DNA of 63,396 nt, counting the filler, from Reclinomonas americana ATCC 50394 (Eukaryota), in NCBI GenBank assembly GCA_048213135.1. It is 15 parts of 15 records of this genome, joined end to end, with 100 filler letters (N's around TTAATTAATTAA, not from the genome) between each part and the next. Parts side by side here need not be neighbours in the genome. Positions count along the whole stretch, not along the records: positions 7,529 to 13,780 come from AFZH01017197.1; positions 13,881 to 22,646 come from AFZH01017198.1; positions 22,747 to 27,768 come from AFZH01017200.1; 12 more parts are not named here. One strand, 5' to 3'. Made by a program: the position numbers and the translations under genes. Position 1 is the first letter of the stretch, and each line of letters starts with the position of its first letter. Shown here piece by piece: positions 10,901 to 24,300 of the stretch. The notes beneath the pieces were generated by a model. It saw nothing but the letters and a program-made list of their open reading frames with translations. It searched no databases and had not been told where the DNA came from.

Positions 10901-11952
10901 TTTGCCGACTGGAGGGCCACACGGAGGAGGTGTATGCAGTGGCAGTGACACCAGATGGCCAGTACATTGTGAGTGGCAGTATGGACACGACTGTGCGGGT
11001 CTGGTCGGTGGCAAGTGGCGAGGAGGTGCGCCGACTGGAAGGCCACACGTGGCCGGTGCATGCAGTGGCAGTGACACCCGATGGTCATCACATTGCGAGT
11101 GGCAGTTTGGACATGACTGTACGGGTGTGGTCGTTGGTAAGTGGCGAGGAGGTACGCCGACTGGAAGGCCACACGGGAAAGGTGCGTGCAGTGGCAGTGA
11201 CACCCGATGGCCAGCACTTTGTGAGTGGCAGTGCAGACAGGACATTGCGGGTGTGGTTGGTGGCAAGTGGCGAGGAGGTGCGCCGACTGGAAGGCCACAC
11301 GGGTGAGGTGTGTGCAGTGGCAGTGACGCCGGATGGCCAGCACATTGTGAGTGGCAGTATGGACAAGACTGTACGGGTGTGGTCGGTGGCAAGTGGCGAG
11401 GAGGTTTGCCGACTGGAAGGCCACATAGAGTGGGTGCGTGCAGTGGCAGTGACACCCGATGGCCTGCACATTGTGAGTGGCAGTTGGGACAAGACTGTTC
11501 GGGTGTGGTCGGTGGCAAGTGGCGAGGAGGTGCGCCGACTGGAAGGCCACACGTTTGGGGTGTGTGCAGTGACAGTGACACCCGATGGGCAGCACATTGC
11601 GAGTGGCAGTGTGGACAACACTGTACGGGTGTGGTCGGTGGCAAGTGGCGAGGAGGTGCGCCGACTGGAAGGCCACATAGAGTGGGTGCGTGCAGTGGCA
11701 GTGACACCCGATGGCCTGCACATTGTGAGTGGCAGTTGGGACAAGACTGTTCGGGTGTGGTCAGTGGCAAGTGGCGAGGAGGTGCGCCGACTGGAAGGCC
11801 ACAAGAGTTATGTGTCAGCAGAGGCGGTGACACCTGATGGGCAGCACATTGTTCCACGTGAGAAGGACATGCTATATGTGCGCCGACGTGAAGGACTGCT
11901 CGAGCGCATTCTCGGCTCCTTCCTGCCTGATTTCACCGACGTAGTTATGTGA
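7946..11952 (+). pseudogene. NLR-like copy 2 (Ubl-HEPN-NACHT-pentapeptide-8+ WD40) with a single in-frame TAA at 10420-10422
   Basis: ORFs 8473-10422 and 10423-11952 are in the same frame and align end to end with copy 1 (HVF*VRLLNDR vs HVLAMRLLNDR). RNKLRH at 8947-8964; Walker A/B intact; same exon layout as copy 1. Confidence 0.8.
10783..11850 (+). repeat. Coding tandem repeat: 8 complete 126-bp WD40 units plus a partial 9th
   Basis: Units start at 10783+126n; units 6 (11413) and 8 (11665) differ by one base on my reading. Confidence 0.95.
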
Positions 11953-13900
11953 TGAGCACAACTACGAGCGTGTATGAATCCTCAAATGTAAACCAGCTTG
12001 TTTGCGATGAGGTCGCATGTGATGTTGACACGCGTGTAATCTTCGCCCTCGAGTTGTATGCCGTGTATTGATTGACCATCGCGAGGCAATCCACTCGTTG
12101 CCCACATTCTCTGTCAGAAGAAACCTCAGCAATCTGACGGTGCACTTCACAGCCTGTTTCCTGTCTGTCGCCTCTTACCTGCATTTGCCGCCGATCAAGG
12201 TGACCATTGATCCCGCTCCTGCTTGACACCGCGGAGGTTGTTGTTGCCACGTAAGCCGTCTTCATTACTACGCATTCATTCGACTGCGATGCGACATCCT
12301 CATATCATGTAAACATTTGGTGGGAATGTGTTCTTCGAGTTCCAGAAGCACATACGCATCGTAATTTACTGGAGGAGACGATACAAGAGTTGTCACTGGA
12401 TCCTGACGCGTACGCGCGTGATCGCTGCGCAGTGGCTGATGGGAATCGCGCGTTATGATTCCGCGGCGCAGATGTCGTTTGACTTGCTGTGCTAGCGACA
12501 CTGTTATACCGCGCCATTGTTCTTTGCGTGAGATGAAACTGTGAGTAGTGTATTCTGAGCCTTTGTTGTTGACGCATGATCTCGAACGCAAGGAATAGAA
12601 ACGGCATTGAACGTCTGCGTGGTTGGTTCAGCAACTGCGTCATATGGACGTACAAGCTGCTTACTAATTCATTTACGCATCCTCCACAATGAGAGAGACA
12701 AAGGAGACTCAAAACGCAGGAACACAACGAGTGGCAGACACAGAATCACACTCACAAAAACATTCGCAAACACGCCGCAGTCACGATGACGCATGTACAT
12801 GCGGGCTGCGACAGTTCCGAGACGTCGGTACTCAACTGAATGGTGGGCATGCGACGGCACATGCAGGTGGCCGCTCCATGCGATCGGTCAAGTACACCAG
12901 CCACATGGTCGCATGATCGAGCATACTACCGCAAGCGTGGTAATGCTCACACTGCAACCGGCGTTGCATGGCGGGAAAGAGAGAGAGAGAGAAGAAGTGT
13001 GAGAGAAAGAGGAACAGAGACAAGAAGGAGATGTGCTCTCACGTGGTGAATTTCGCCAAGAAGACATGGGGTGAAAATAGTGAACAGACTCACTCACACT
13101 GACATCTCCAGTCAAACAGACCATCTCAGCGATCCTTTCACCCACACTGTCACCTGATTACTCACGTGGCGTGGTATGAATGATCGAGACAGGCGACCAA
13201 TTCAAGCTCATGCCACGCACATGCACACTCTCTCTCTTCTCATGTATCTCTGTGCTCTTTCCCCTCCAGTGCCACAACCAGGAGCAAATAGAGCAACATG
13301 AAAGAGACAACTCGCTGTTGAGATGAGGGGAGAGTGACAGAGACACATGCCCATCACCATCATGGGAAAATAGCAATGCAGACATCCTGCAAGTGAGGGA
13401 GACAGAGAGGGGAGAGACAGACCAACAAACTAACAGGCAAAGTATGACTGCTGGCGATTGACAAAGCAGCGATGATGCGCACTCTCTCTGTTGATGCCAC
13501 ACATGAAAACACTGCGAGTCGTCGGCAACGAGAGAACAAACAACAACAACGATCCATGCAAGTGAGACCGATGGAGAGAGACGGACGCAGGCGAACGAGA
13601 TGGATGGTGAGTCTTGAGCTCCATGCATTAACAGCCAAGCCTGTGGAGACAAGGAATAAGCAGGAGAGACGGGAGAACTGAAGAGAGAGAAGAGATGGAC
13701 ACGAATGACTCCCACATTGCCGCCAACACAGAGAATGCATGATGGATGTGCTTCCCCCCCCCCCCTCCTCTCTCTCTCTCNNNNNNNNNNNNNNNNNNNN
13801 NNNNNNNNNNNNNNNNNNNNNNNNTTAATTAATTAANNNNNNNNNNNNNNNNNNNNNNNNNNNNNNNNNNNNNNNNNNNNCTCCTCCCTTCTTCTCTCCT

Positions 13901-13942
<42 letters not shown>

Positions 13943-13979
13943 GCTGTACCGTACACTCCGTCCTTCGGTCCGTACACGC

Positions 13980-14033
<54 letters not shown>

Positions 14034-15949
14034 CTCTCCTTCTCTCCGCAAGCATTCGCCATAGCGTCCCTCCCCACTCGCAGATGACGTTCTCTCTCCC
14101 TCCATTTCTCACCCCACACATTTACAATCGCCAATGACCAGACGTATCCCAGAAAGAATGAGAGGGATTCTCCACGCTCCCAGCTTTCCTCTTTCCCACA
14201 CGACGCCTCTCTCTCTCTCTCTCTGAATTCCCATGCACCACGCTCATCCCCCAAGCACGCCGTTCACAAGTAAAACACACACCATGAAAAGCAATCAAGG
14301 ACAGTGAGAAAGAGAGATTGTGGTGGTGGAAGAGAGAGAGAGAGAGAGGGGAGAAGGAACATTGGGTGTGGATGAATGGAAGGATACAAGGGAGAAACAC
14401 GGAGATGACGAAGAGAGACGAACAGAGAGCAGCGGAGACGAGAGAGAGCGAGCATGAGAGCACGAGAGTGACGGTGATGAGAAGAAGAGAGACAACCACA
14501 TACAGATGGAGGATGCAGAGGTATGCATGACGGAACACGATAAAATGAGCAAGGAAATACGCGCACATAGACGACGCTCACACTCCCAAAGAACACGGAG
14601 GTGAGAGTCGATGACGAGAACCAGGGAAAGGGAGGCAATAAGGGAAAGACAGGAATGAGAATGCAACGGATGGAGATGGAGGGAGATACAAAAGACTGCT
14701 TTCTCACGCTATGAGAAAGAGAGAGATAGAAGATTCTGGAGGAGACTGAAAAGATGAGAGGGGAAGGAGAAGGAAAAAAGGACAGGATATGCAACTTGAT
14801 ATGCACGGTGATTGAGACGATAAAGACGATATACAGAAAGACGTATCAACGGCACGTACACATGCATACACGCGACAGCAAGCACTCGAAAATGACGGAG
14901 GAAAGAAAAAACAAGATGAGGAGGAAGGAGAGAGGGGGAGAGGGCGGAGAAGGAGAAGCACGTGTACGTGTTCAGGCAGTATCACAGATGAGGTGAAAAG
15001 AGACGGAGAGCGGAGTGTGAGAGAGAGGAACCCAACAAGAACAAGCCTGACAGAGAGCTGCTCAGCGCGACAAGCATGTGTGGCAATGGTGATCAGAGAC
15101 GGAGATGCAAGACAAAGAAGGAAGGGAGAAGGGGCGAGTATGCAGAAAGGGATGTAAATGGATAGAGGATGGAAGTGGGGAGGGAGAAGGAGAGGGACGA
15201 TGAACAAATGATGTGTGTGGGTGGGGGAAGAGAGAGTAGAATCAGGACGGAGAGGCACACCCGATAAATGAAGACAGGGAAGCACATGTGAAAACAATGC
15301 AAGACAACAGGCAAAGAGTGAGAGAGAGGCGCACGCATGCGGAAAGAGCAGGATGAGAGGAGAATGTGAGTGAATGAGAATGGATGCTAGGAGGATAAGC
15401 AGCAAGCACGTCACTAAATACGGGAGGTGAGGGGAGGAGGAAGAAGAAGAGGGCGATGTGAGTGACTCACACCACGGATGCGATTCGCACAAGGCACACA
15501 GACAAGCACGCACACGCGGGATGATGAGCACTCTAAGAAGGAAGAGGGAGAGAGAGAGAAGAAAAGAGAAGAAGAGAAGAGAGAAAGAGAGAGAATGAGA
15601 AACGGAAGAGGGTGTTGATCAATCACGTCACACATGCGCGGTGCGCTCACACGAATCAATGACACGCATACATGCACGTTGAGGAGGGAGAAAAGAGAGA
15701 GGAGAGAGCAGACAGCGCGAGAATGTGACGCAGATGGGCGCGAAAATCAATCACAACGAGAATGCAGCGCGTACACACACAGGCAGATCAGCGACACGCA
15801 CATGCACACGCGCACGCGCAACAATGTTCACTCGGAAGAAAAGGAAGAGAGGGGAGAGAGAGGGAAGAGAAGGAATCATGTCTGCGATCAATGTACACAC
15901 TGCGAGAGGAATTCTCTCCCTCGCTTTCTCACTCGCTCACTCGCCTCTT

Positions 15950-15987
<38 letters not shown>

Positions 15988-16329
15988 CCGCACACACACA
16001 CATACACACACACAACTCGAATGCAACAATGAATCGAACCTGAGTCCTTTCGCCTCCCGCATCCCTCTCTCCCTTGCTCCCGCGTCCCTCTCTCCTCGCT
16101 CGCGCACTCTCTTCCTCACTCATCCATGGTACGTGACACAGCAGGCGACCATCACCCACGGGCGTGCTGAAGAAAGCAAGATACGTCGGATGTCCCGCAT
16201 GACATTGACAATCCCACGCAAGCACAACGTACACCGCCACGAGAACAAGCCGACTGTGCGTGAGACGTGCGAGCAACAAGGTACATCGTGCTGAAGATCG
16301 AGAAAGAAACAAAGAACTGCGACGAGAAG

Positions 16330-18320
16330 ATGTCGGTGAGTTGTATTGATTGCGTGGGGGACGCTTGTTGTCTGCTTGCTTCTCCCTCTCCTCTCTTTCT
16401 CATTGCTTGTCGTTCACTGCCTTGTGTGGTGTGCACAGTTCTCTGTGAACGAGAGTGCGGCGCGTGATTCATCGCTGTCGGTGGTGGTGGAGGGCATGTC
16501 GGGCATGTCCACTAGTACTCTCGCGGACTTGCTGCGCGAGGCCACACGCTTGCTGCGTGAGAAGAGTGGAGATGTGGAGGTGGAGATTGTGGGGGTGGAG
16601 AGGCCTGCTCCATATGATGTGGCAGTCGTGAGTGGTGTGCCGCCTGCTGGACTCGACATCAACTCATCCACCCATCTCGTCCTCCGTCTGACACCTGGCG
16701 TGGCTGGCGCTGCAGTCTAATGGCGCGGGGGAGCGGGAATGAGGGCGGAAGGTGTGTGCTTGGGATGTGTTGGATCACCGTTTTGCGCCAATCATGCTGC
16801 TCATTCTCGTGTCCCCGCACAGCAACTCGGAGCGAGTGACTTGGTTTGTTTTCCTTGCCTTCATCATCCTTTTCTCTCTCCCTTTCTTGTTCTTCCACTC
16901 GGATGGAGTCTGTGTTGACTATGTATGTGTGCACGCGCAGCATGATCAACTTCAATCGCATCAACATGGCCTTTGATGTGGTGGAGGAGGCGGTGCGTCT
17001 GCGCTGCCAACGCGCACTGGCGCAGTTCAGTCGCGATCATCCCGACTTTGACGTGCGGGCGTGGGTGCCAAGTTTCACTCCAGTCGGCATGGATGTGGCG
17101 ACAGTGAAGGCATGGCGTGAGCGACATGCTCCACTCCGCCCTTCTCGAGTCAAGTTGTATGGGGAGAGGCAGCCGGTGGTGTTGGCCTGGCGTTCGGCGT
17201 TCGACGCCGAACCATCGTACGACCCTCCATGTGACGGATTCGACACAACGGCACTCACCACCATCATGCTGTATGGTGGCTTTGTTGAGGATGACGGTCG
17301 CAAGCTGCTGCTGATTGACGATGCTGATGAACGGAAGGCGGTGGAGAAGGGTTGGCTCACAAGGACCTCGTGCTGACGGACATCAATGTGCGGCAATACC
17401 TTGGGGATGCTGGTGTCTTCTTCTCCATCCTCTCTCGACTGCAATTGACGGCTGACGAGCGTGCTCGATTCTTTGCTCGTGTCTGCGAGGCACGTCACGC
17501 CCGTCACATCGTGGACACATTTGAGGAGCGATTGCACCGACTGGCAGTGCGTGAGCTCTCCTTCTACCAACGCGACGAGAGTGTGCGCAAGGACATGCAG
17601 ATGTCTGTGCCACTGCTGTGCTCACGTGAGCGTGACGTCTCATCGAGTGACAAGATGGCAGATCTGTTGACGAGGTGGATGCAGTCCTCTCCGACGCCAA
17701 CACCACCCATCGCGTGCTGGTGCTGTTTGGCAGCAGTGGAGCTGGCAAGACCACTACCATGTCGGTGCTGGCCGAGAGAGCATGGCGACAGTGGCAGGCG
17801 AGAGAGAGCAGACGAGTGCCTGTGCGTGTGCCTCTTGGTGCACTGCACAATGCCGACGAGCGGCTATTGGAGGAGGCATTGGAGCGACTGTCGCCCGCGT
17901 TGGGGTTCAGTGAGTCGGATGTGCGACGATTGAAGGAGGAACCACTGCTGTTGCTGCTTGACGGGTACGACGAGTTGTACCGTGGTGTGAATCTGTTTGT
18001 GAAGAACCAGTTGGATGTGTGTCGCGATGTGAAGGTGATTGTCACCTGTCGTGGCGATTACGCACTGACGGCACTGGGTGGAGTGACGGGGTATCGTCGG
18101 TACTTTGCACCAGTGGATGCGCGAGGACAGTTGTGTATGCAGCAGCTGATGGAGAGACACATTGCACCGTTCAATAAGGAGCAGAGTGAGGAGTATATTG
18201 GGCGAACGGTGCAAGATGGTGGTGACGATGGTGACGTGCAATGGTCGACTGCCGTGCACTGAAGAGTGTGCATGGACTTGATGCACTGGTGTCGAATCCA
18301 TTCCTGCTGGCAGTGGTGGG
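16330..18320 (+). pseudogene. NLR-like copy 3, frameshifted and truncated after the NACHT core
   Basis: Same upstream region and MS exon as copies 1 and 2. Frameshifts near 16705, 17351, 17672 and 18252. Homology stops just after NPFLLAVV (~18320); no pentapeptide or WD40 part. Confidence 0.9.
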
Positions 18321-21300
18321 TGGATCATGTTGTGTGGTTTGTGAAGCGTCATTCGTGATGCAGGTGTTTTTGTATGTTTTTTGCTGATGACATTGTTGTT
18401 TGTGTGTGTGTGTGCGTGTCTTTTGTTTGTGTTCAGTTACTTGTATGGCGGTGTGGGCACGCCTGTGCAAGTCGGCAGCACTTCGTTGCTTATGGCCGCA
18501 GGTCTGTGTGTCTCCGCGGTGATGAGTATTCGATCGTCCGTGTCTTGTGTTGCTGACGTGTGTGTGTGTGTCGTTGCAGTGACGAGCTTCTCGCCGAGCA
18601 GCACCGTTGCGGAGACGAGTGGCGTGCAAGTGACTGTGAGTGGCAGTGGTCTGTCGGATGCGGATGTGGTGCAAGTGCAGAGTGCGGGTGCGTGCACGGG
18701 TGGTGGCACTATGCTGGCGCTTGTTTCGACGACAGTCGATGGTCTGACGACGATTCGACAAACGACGAGCACGTCGCTTGGTGTTGGATCGTATTGGGTG
18801 TGGTGCGTGTCATGTTTTTTTGTGAGCACAAGTTTCTTTTTGGAGGCGACAGTAAGAAGCGTGCTGTCTGTCAAGTGAGATCAGTGCATGTCGTAGAATG
18901 AGAGAGTGAGAGAGAAAGACGGATAGTGGAGAAGAGAGGAAGAGTGTCTCATGAGGTACGCTCCTCATCTCCATGCACTGATTGTTGCATGTTGTTTGTG
19001 TCGCAAAGCATTCACTTTGGAGGTGCTCAAGGTGGAGTGTGGTTGCAAGTTCCTGGCGTGTTGGCTGTTGGTGCGTGTGTGCTTCCATGGGTGTGTGTGT
19101 GTGTGATCTGGTGCAGGGTTGCGACTCATTTTGAGTATTATTGTTGTTGTTTTTTTTGGTTCATGTGTGTGTGTAGTACCGTCTGCGGACTCGTACACAC
19201 CGGCGAGCATCACGAGTGAGACGACGGGTCAGAGTGTGACGGTGACTGGCCATGGTCTCACGGCCAGTGACGATGTGAAGCTTGTGTCTGGAACTGGTTG
19301 CTCTGGATCGCCGTCATACAGCATGACGAGTGGAGCGCGCGGAGGATCAGCGGGTGCATGGACGCTGACGGTGACGACGAGTGATGTGAATCTGACGCCG
19401 GCGGGACAGTATTCTGTGTGGTGCGTTTTCACCATTTGTGGTTGTGGGTTGCTTTTGTCTCTTTGCACATACTGCTCTTGCTTGGAAAAGAAAAGCGGCA
19501 TTTTACTTACTTGATGTGGTTGTGTGTGTGTGTGTTTTCTTCGTGTATTGTGTCTGACATTCATGCAGCTATCGATTCAACGGCACGGGGGCATATGTGC
19601 AAGTGACATCGACGCTGCTGACAGTCAGTTGCGTCATGATATGGAGTGAGAGTGAGAGTGAGAGTGAGTGAGTGAAAGAGAGGGTACTTGCTGCCACCGC
19701 CACTCTTTCCTTTATTTCTGATTCTTTTTTTTTTTAGGCAAACTGGCCATGGCGGAGTCATTCTTACCGAGTTCGATTGTGGCGGAGACGAGTGGGCGGA
19801 CGATCAAGGTTACTGGACGTGGTCTGACCGCTACAGATGCCATCCGTTTGGTGCTCGGTGCTTCGTGCGGCGGAGCGACGACGTACGATCTGACGGTGGG
19901 ATCGGCGGGTGGTGTTGCGGGAGCGCGGACTGTGGTCGGTACTGCGGCGAATGTGAATCTGACGCCGGCCGGATCGTATGTGGTGTGGTGAGTGTGTGTG
20001 TGTGGAGATGAGATGTGATGTGGAGGAGAAGGATTGGGTTTGCGTGCTTGCTGTTGTTGTTCTTGCAAAGTGATTCTCGTTTATGAGATTTTCTCCTGTT
20101 GCGACTGACGTGTTGTGCATGGAACAGCTACAAGTACAACAACACTGGGTCGTTTGTGGCGCTGACGGGAGCACTGACCGTCTGTTGCGTACTGTTTTCT
20201 TGATTCGAGGTCAAGTTTTAGTTCCATTCCGCTAACTGGTTCTGCGCTCCATTACAGCCAAGTCGGCAACGTCATACTCGCCGTCGAAAATCGTTGCAGA
20301 GACGACTGGCGAGGCCGTGACTGTGACTGGACGTGCTATGTCAAACACAGATGCTGTGCGACTTGTGTTGGGTGCGACGTGTGGTGGTTCGACTTCGTTC
20401 ACGTTGACAACTGGTACTGTCGGTGGAAGCGCCGGAGCGCGCACGGTTCGCTTCACCACGTCAGGCACTGCAATCGCTGCGGGATTTTACACTGTGTGGT
20501 ATGTTTTGGACGTGATTGTGTCTTGGTGCTGTGGACGTCGGTTGTGCTTACTCGGTGCTGCTGTACTCCTCTCATAGTTATCAGTACGACGCTACCGGCA
20601 GTCTTGTCAGTGTTGGCAGTGCATTGGAAGTTGGTGCGTTCACACATATTTGCTTCCTCCGTTTTCACTTTGTTGCTTGTCCCCTTTGTTGTCTCCTTGT
20701 ATCTATCCTGCTTCTCACTTTCTGTTCATTACCACAGGTGCAAGCGGCGACTCCTTCACTCCTTCATCGATTCGCTCCGAGACCAGTGGCGAGGTGATTT
20801 CCGTTACTTGGTCACGGCCTTGCCGGCTCCGATTCTGTGCAACTTGCTGCCGGTGTCGGATGCGCGGGTACAACGTACAGCCTGTCAACGGGCTCATTTA
20901 GCGGGTCAGCGGGTGCGCGAATTTTGACGGTTTCCACTCCAGGTCTCACCATTCCGGCGGGTCCGTACACTATTTGGTTTGTGGATGCGCGTTTCTAGTC
21001 TCATGCGCTCTGCATGTGTTCCTCTCTTCCTCTGCCCCTCTCTCAACAATTTCTTCGCTTTCAGCATTCAGTTCAGTTACACCACCGGCTATGTGGCGGC
21101 CTCTGGCGGCACGATTACTGTTGGTACGTTCATATCACGGTCTCCATGGTATCGATTGTGCTGCCTTACATTTCTTCGTGGGTTGCATTTTCCTGCGCTG
21201 TTGATATACAGTCGAGACGGCAGATGCTTTCTCACCGGCTCTGGAACTGCCAACCAAGTAGTCACCATCACAGGGCACGGCTTGCTTGCGGCCGATGCGG

Positions 21301-24300
21301 TCAAGCTGGTGTCTGGGACGACTTGCAGCGGCAGTCCGCAGTTCCCTTTGACTCCGAGTGCTGCAACAGCTGGCGTGGCAGGAGCGCGGCTGAAGACGGC
21401 ATTCACACCAGATTCCAGTCTCACGAATGGCACCTACTCTGTGTGGTTCGTTTTGGAGTAGCACTGAAGAAGCAGATTGGGGTTGCTGTCTCTCTACGCT
21501 CGATTCTTCACGATCTTTGTCAGCTCAGACGCCCTTTGTTTGTGTTTTCAGTCTTCTCTTGTTCACTTGGGGTGTTTGTAGAAGTAGAGTGGTGCAGTGT
21601 TTGTGTGTCATCTTGCCATCGCACGATTATTCGTGCTCATGCATCCCCTATCTGCGCTGCTCATTTACTTGTCATCGGATTTGCTGTACTCATCGTCGAT
21701 ATCCCGTCACAGCGTTCAACTGACGTACCCGACGGGGGGCGTGTACTCTAAAGTCGGCACGACAGAAATTTCTGTCGGTACGTTATTGTCGCGCATCGTG
21801 CATCTTGGTCGTTGCCACGTCGTTGCTCATGCACTTGTCGACCAGTGACTCCTCTGGTAGTTACCGGCTACAGCCCGGCAAGCATCGTCGCAGAGACTGT
21901 TGGTGTGCAGATCACGATCACCGCTGTTGGTTTGCAGCTGATAGATACTGCTGCACTCTTCTTGGGCACAAGTGTTCTCGTGTCTTGCGACACTGCCACA
22001 TCGTACTCGCTCACGTCGACGACAGTGGCCGGTGGGTTGCAAAAGATAGTGACGCTGGACACGAGTTTCCTTCCGAGTGGCTACTATGCTGTCTGGTCAG
22101 TCATCCATCTCAATCCGTGCAGTTGCTTTATGTGTCTCCACTGCTTATTGCTCACCATTCGTGCCCAACAGCTACCACTTTGTGGGCACACTCGGTTACC
22201 CGTACGTCATGGTCCCGAATTCGGCTCTCGTAGTCGGTATGCCAACCTGCCTATCCGTATTTGGAAAACGCTGCGGCTTCCGTTCGCTCACCGTGCTTGT
22301 GTGATCAGTGTCGAGTGCCGATGCTTTCACTCCTTCCACCATCACCGGTCAGCTGGCTGGCGCGCTGCTGACCGTTACCGGTCACGGTCTGTTGGCATCG
22401 GATAATGTGCAGCTGATGCCATCTGGAACGTGTTCGGGGGCGACTGCCTATCGTCTCGCAGCGCAGTCGTTTGGCGGAGTGGCATCGGCTCGTGAGGTTG
22501 TCGTGGCGACGACTGCGGAGAGCTCTGTGCCTGTTGGATCATTCTATGTGTGGTGAGCGGGGAGGGGAAGAGAAGGGAGGTGAGGAGAAGGGAGGAGACG
22601 GGAAGGGAATGGGTGAAGGGAAGAGAGGAGAGGAGACGGGAGGGGANNNNNNNNNNNNNNNNNNNNNNNNNNNNNNNNNNNNNNNNNNNNTTAATTAATT
22701 AANNNNNNNNNNNNNNNNNNNNNNNNNNNNNNNNNNNNNNNNNNNNGGGTGGTGACTTCCCATTGCTGGCTACAAGTGCCGCCAATGGCAGTAATCCAGT
22801 CACACCTGGAGGCGCACCACGGGTATTCTTCCTTTCACTCGCCACCGACTGTTCGTCGATGAACTTGCGGGCGGCTGCCTTTGTGGTCACTGCGGTGTCG
22901 CCGACGCGTATTACGGCCACGGTTTCCACTATTTCTGCGGTCTCTCTCGCCTCGTGCACGCTGGATCTGCCTGGCACGTATCAAATATGTGGTCGGTGTG
23001 TTACGAGGGAAAGAGGGAAAAGGAGGGGAGGGGAAGTGGGAAAGGGAGGGGAGGGGGGAGGGGGAAGGGAGGAACAACGGTGAAGAAAGAGAGACAGGGG
23101 AGAGAGAGCAGTACCGTTGAGAGATATGTGGGCGAGGGGAAATGGTGATAGTGAGAGTGGATGGTGTGGGGCAGAAAGAACAATGCAGTGGGTGCCGGCT
23201 GGTGAGACGAAGTAAAGCGGGAGAGGCAGGTGAGCCACAAAGTAGATCTTCTGTATGTGCGAGAGAAATGGTAGGATGTGAACGAGAGGGCAGTTGTGAG
23301 AGGCAAGAGGCTGAGGAGCAATAGGGAAAATGATTTAGGGGCTGCAGGTGAGCCACGTATTTGCGAAAGATACGCGAGGATGTGAATGAGAGGGCGGCTG
23401 CGAGAGGCAAGAGGGCTGAGGAGCAGTAGGAAAAATGAGTGGGGGAATGCAGGTGAGCCACGTTTGTGCGAGAGAAATGGTAGGACTTGAATGAGAGGGT
23501 AGCTGCGAGAGGCAAGAGGGCTGAGGAGCAGTAGGAAGAATGAGAGAGAGACTGCAGGTGAGCCACGTATGTGCGAGAGATACGCGAGAATGTGAATGAG
23601 AGGGCGGCTCGGAGAGGCAAGAGGGCTGAGGAACAGTAGAAAATGAGCGTGAGAGGCTGCATGCGCGAATGAATGGGACTTTTTGTCATTCTCTTTCATG
23701 TTCAACGAGAAATGTGGAAGGATAAGAGAGAATGCGATTGATCTAATGACGTTTCACCACCGTCGACTATTCCACTGACAAAATATCTGCGCACAGCTTC
23801 CAAGACGGCTCGTATGTGCCTCTCGGTGTGACATTGACCATCACGACCGTCACCGACCCCGATGTCGGCTTCATTTCTCCAAAGTCGTTGCCTCTCGGTG
23901 TGCCAACTACGTTGGTGTTGCATTCGCCATCGCGCACGCTGTCGAATTGTACTCGTTTCAAGGTCGTCGACGCTGGATCCGACTGCAATGGACCGGCTTC
24001 GGGTGAGTGCTGAGAATGAGAAGATTCTGCGCGGGCGGTGGTTGGTGGAGATCTTTACTCACGGTTCACCCTCTTTGCATATCTCTCTCTCTCTCGTCAG
24101 CGGCCCTTGCGCTTACGGCCTTCCAGGACGGCGTCTTTGATGCGTCGTCATGCTTCTATGGATCTGTTGCTGGCGGCTGTGGACAGTTCAAGGTGCAGCT
24201 CACGAGCTCCAAGGCGGTGTATGTGGCAACCACTCCAGGGGCGACATACAAGGCGATGTCGAACAGCGACATATGCATTCGTGTTACCTCGGGTATGCTG

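Noticed and set aside
10838..11857. Long antisense and alternative-frame ORFs over the repeat arrays (also 33393-34361)
   Set aside because: Shadows of stop-poor coding repeats.
13881..15960. Several 100-275 aa ORFs
   Set aside because: Translations of GA/CT-rich low-complexity sequence with no recognisable motif; the same applies to 24148-24975, 52079-53130 and 61300-62223.
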